From positions 6,510,001 to 6,574,000 of the forward strand of contig NW_026889761.1 in assembly GCF_033153115.1 (NCBI RefSeq): a stretch of DNA of 64,000 nucleotides. Reading direction: 5' to 3'. Position 1 is the first letter of the stretch. Each line of letters starts with the position of its first letter. The notes below the pieces were generated by a model that saw only the letters and a program-made list of their open reading frames with translations, did no database searches and was not told the DNA's origin. Shown one piece after another: positions 63,704 to 64,000 of the stretch. A program made the position numbers and the translations under genes. The stretch is from Saccostrea echinata (Eukaryota).

Positions 63704-64000
63704 GTAAGTACTAAAAAAACAAACTCGATCCTTCAGTCCTTATATTTTAAAAGCTGATTACAATAACAGATAAATATATTAATAAAGTTTGAAATGTAGT
63801 ACTTAAGGACAGAGAAAGAAGAAAAAAAAAACAACAATTGCAAAGGTTTTTGGTTAAAGTGCTAATTAACATCCTAGCCTTGAGTTGAGTACTTGTATCG
63901 GAAATCAACAGATTCTTGATCGGCATGTGCTGGAGAATGCGTAACTTAAAGTAAATTCTAATGTAAAATATTTTAACTCTGACCACCCGTAAAGTTCTTC

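Overview
AT-rich, intron-containing eukaryotic DNA. It is most likely an oyster (Ostreidae) or related bivalve, judged from Cg170-like ~166-bp repeats inside HINE/pearl-type Helentrons and tRNA-derived SINEs. All gene models were assembled by hand from GT-AG splice sites. Contents: (1) 4.9-15 kb, a decaying minus-strand set of DUF7153-like exons with frameshifts and stops. (2) An intact 5-exon UFSP1. (3) The main finding, five intact 9-exon paralogues (20.8-44.7 kb) encoding secreted 354-364 aa proteins with the architecture signal peptide + cubilin-N-terminal-like (putative triple beta-helix trimerisation) module + He_PIG/cadherin-like Ig domain + EGF + F5/8 type C (discoidin) head. They form two head-to-head pairs, each joining two different subtypes, plus one divergent orphan. 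(4) A 2-exon secreted, Cys-free Lys/Arg/Tyr/His-rich protein. (5) A single-exon 313-aa coiled-coil protein. (6) The start of a conodipine-like secreted phospholipase A2. Many nested non-autonomous elements and two long hairpins are also present. Family assignments rest on motif recognition from memory; no database searches were run.
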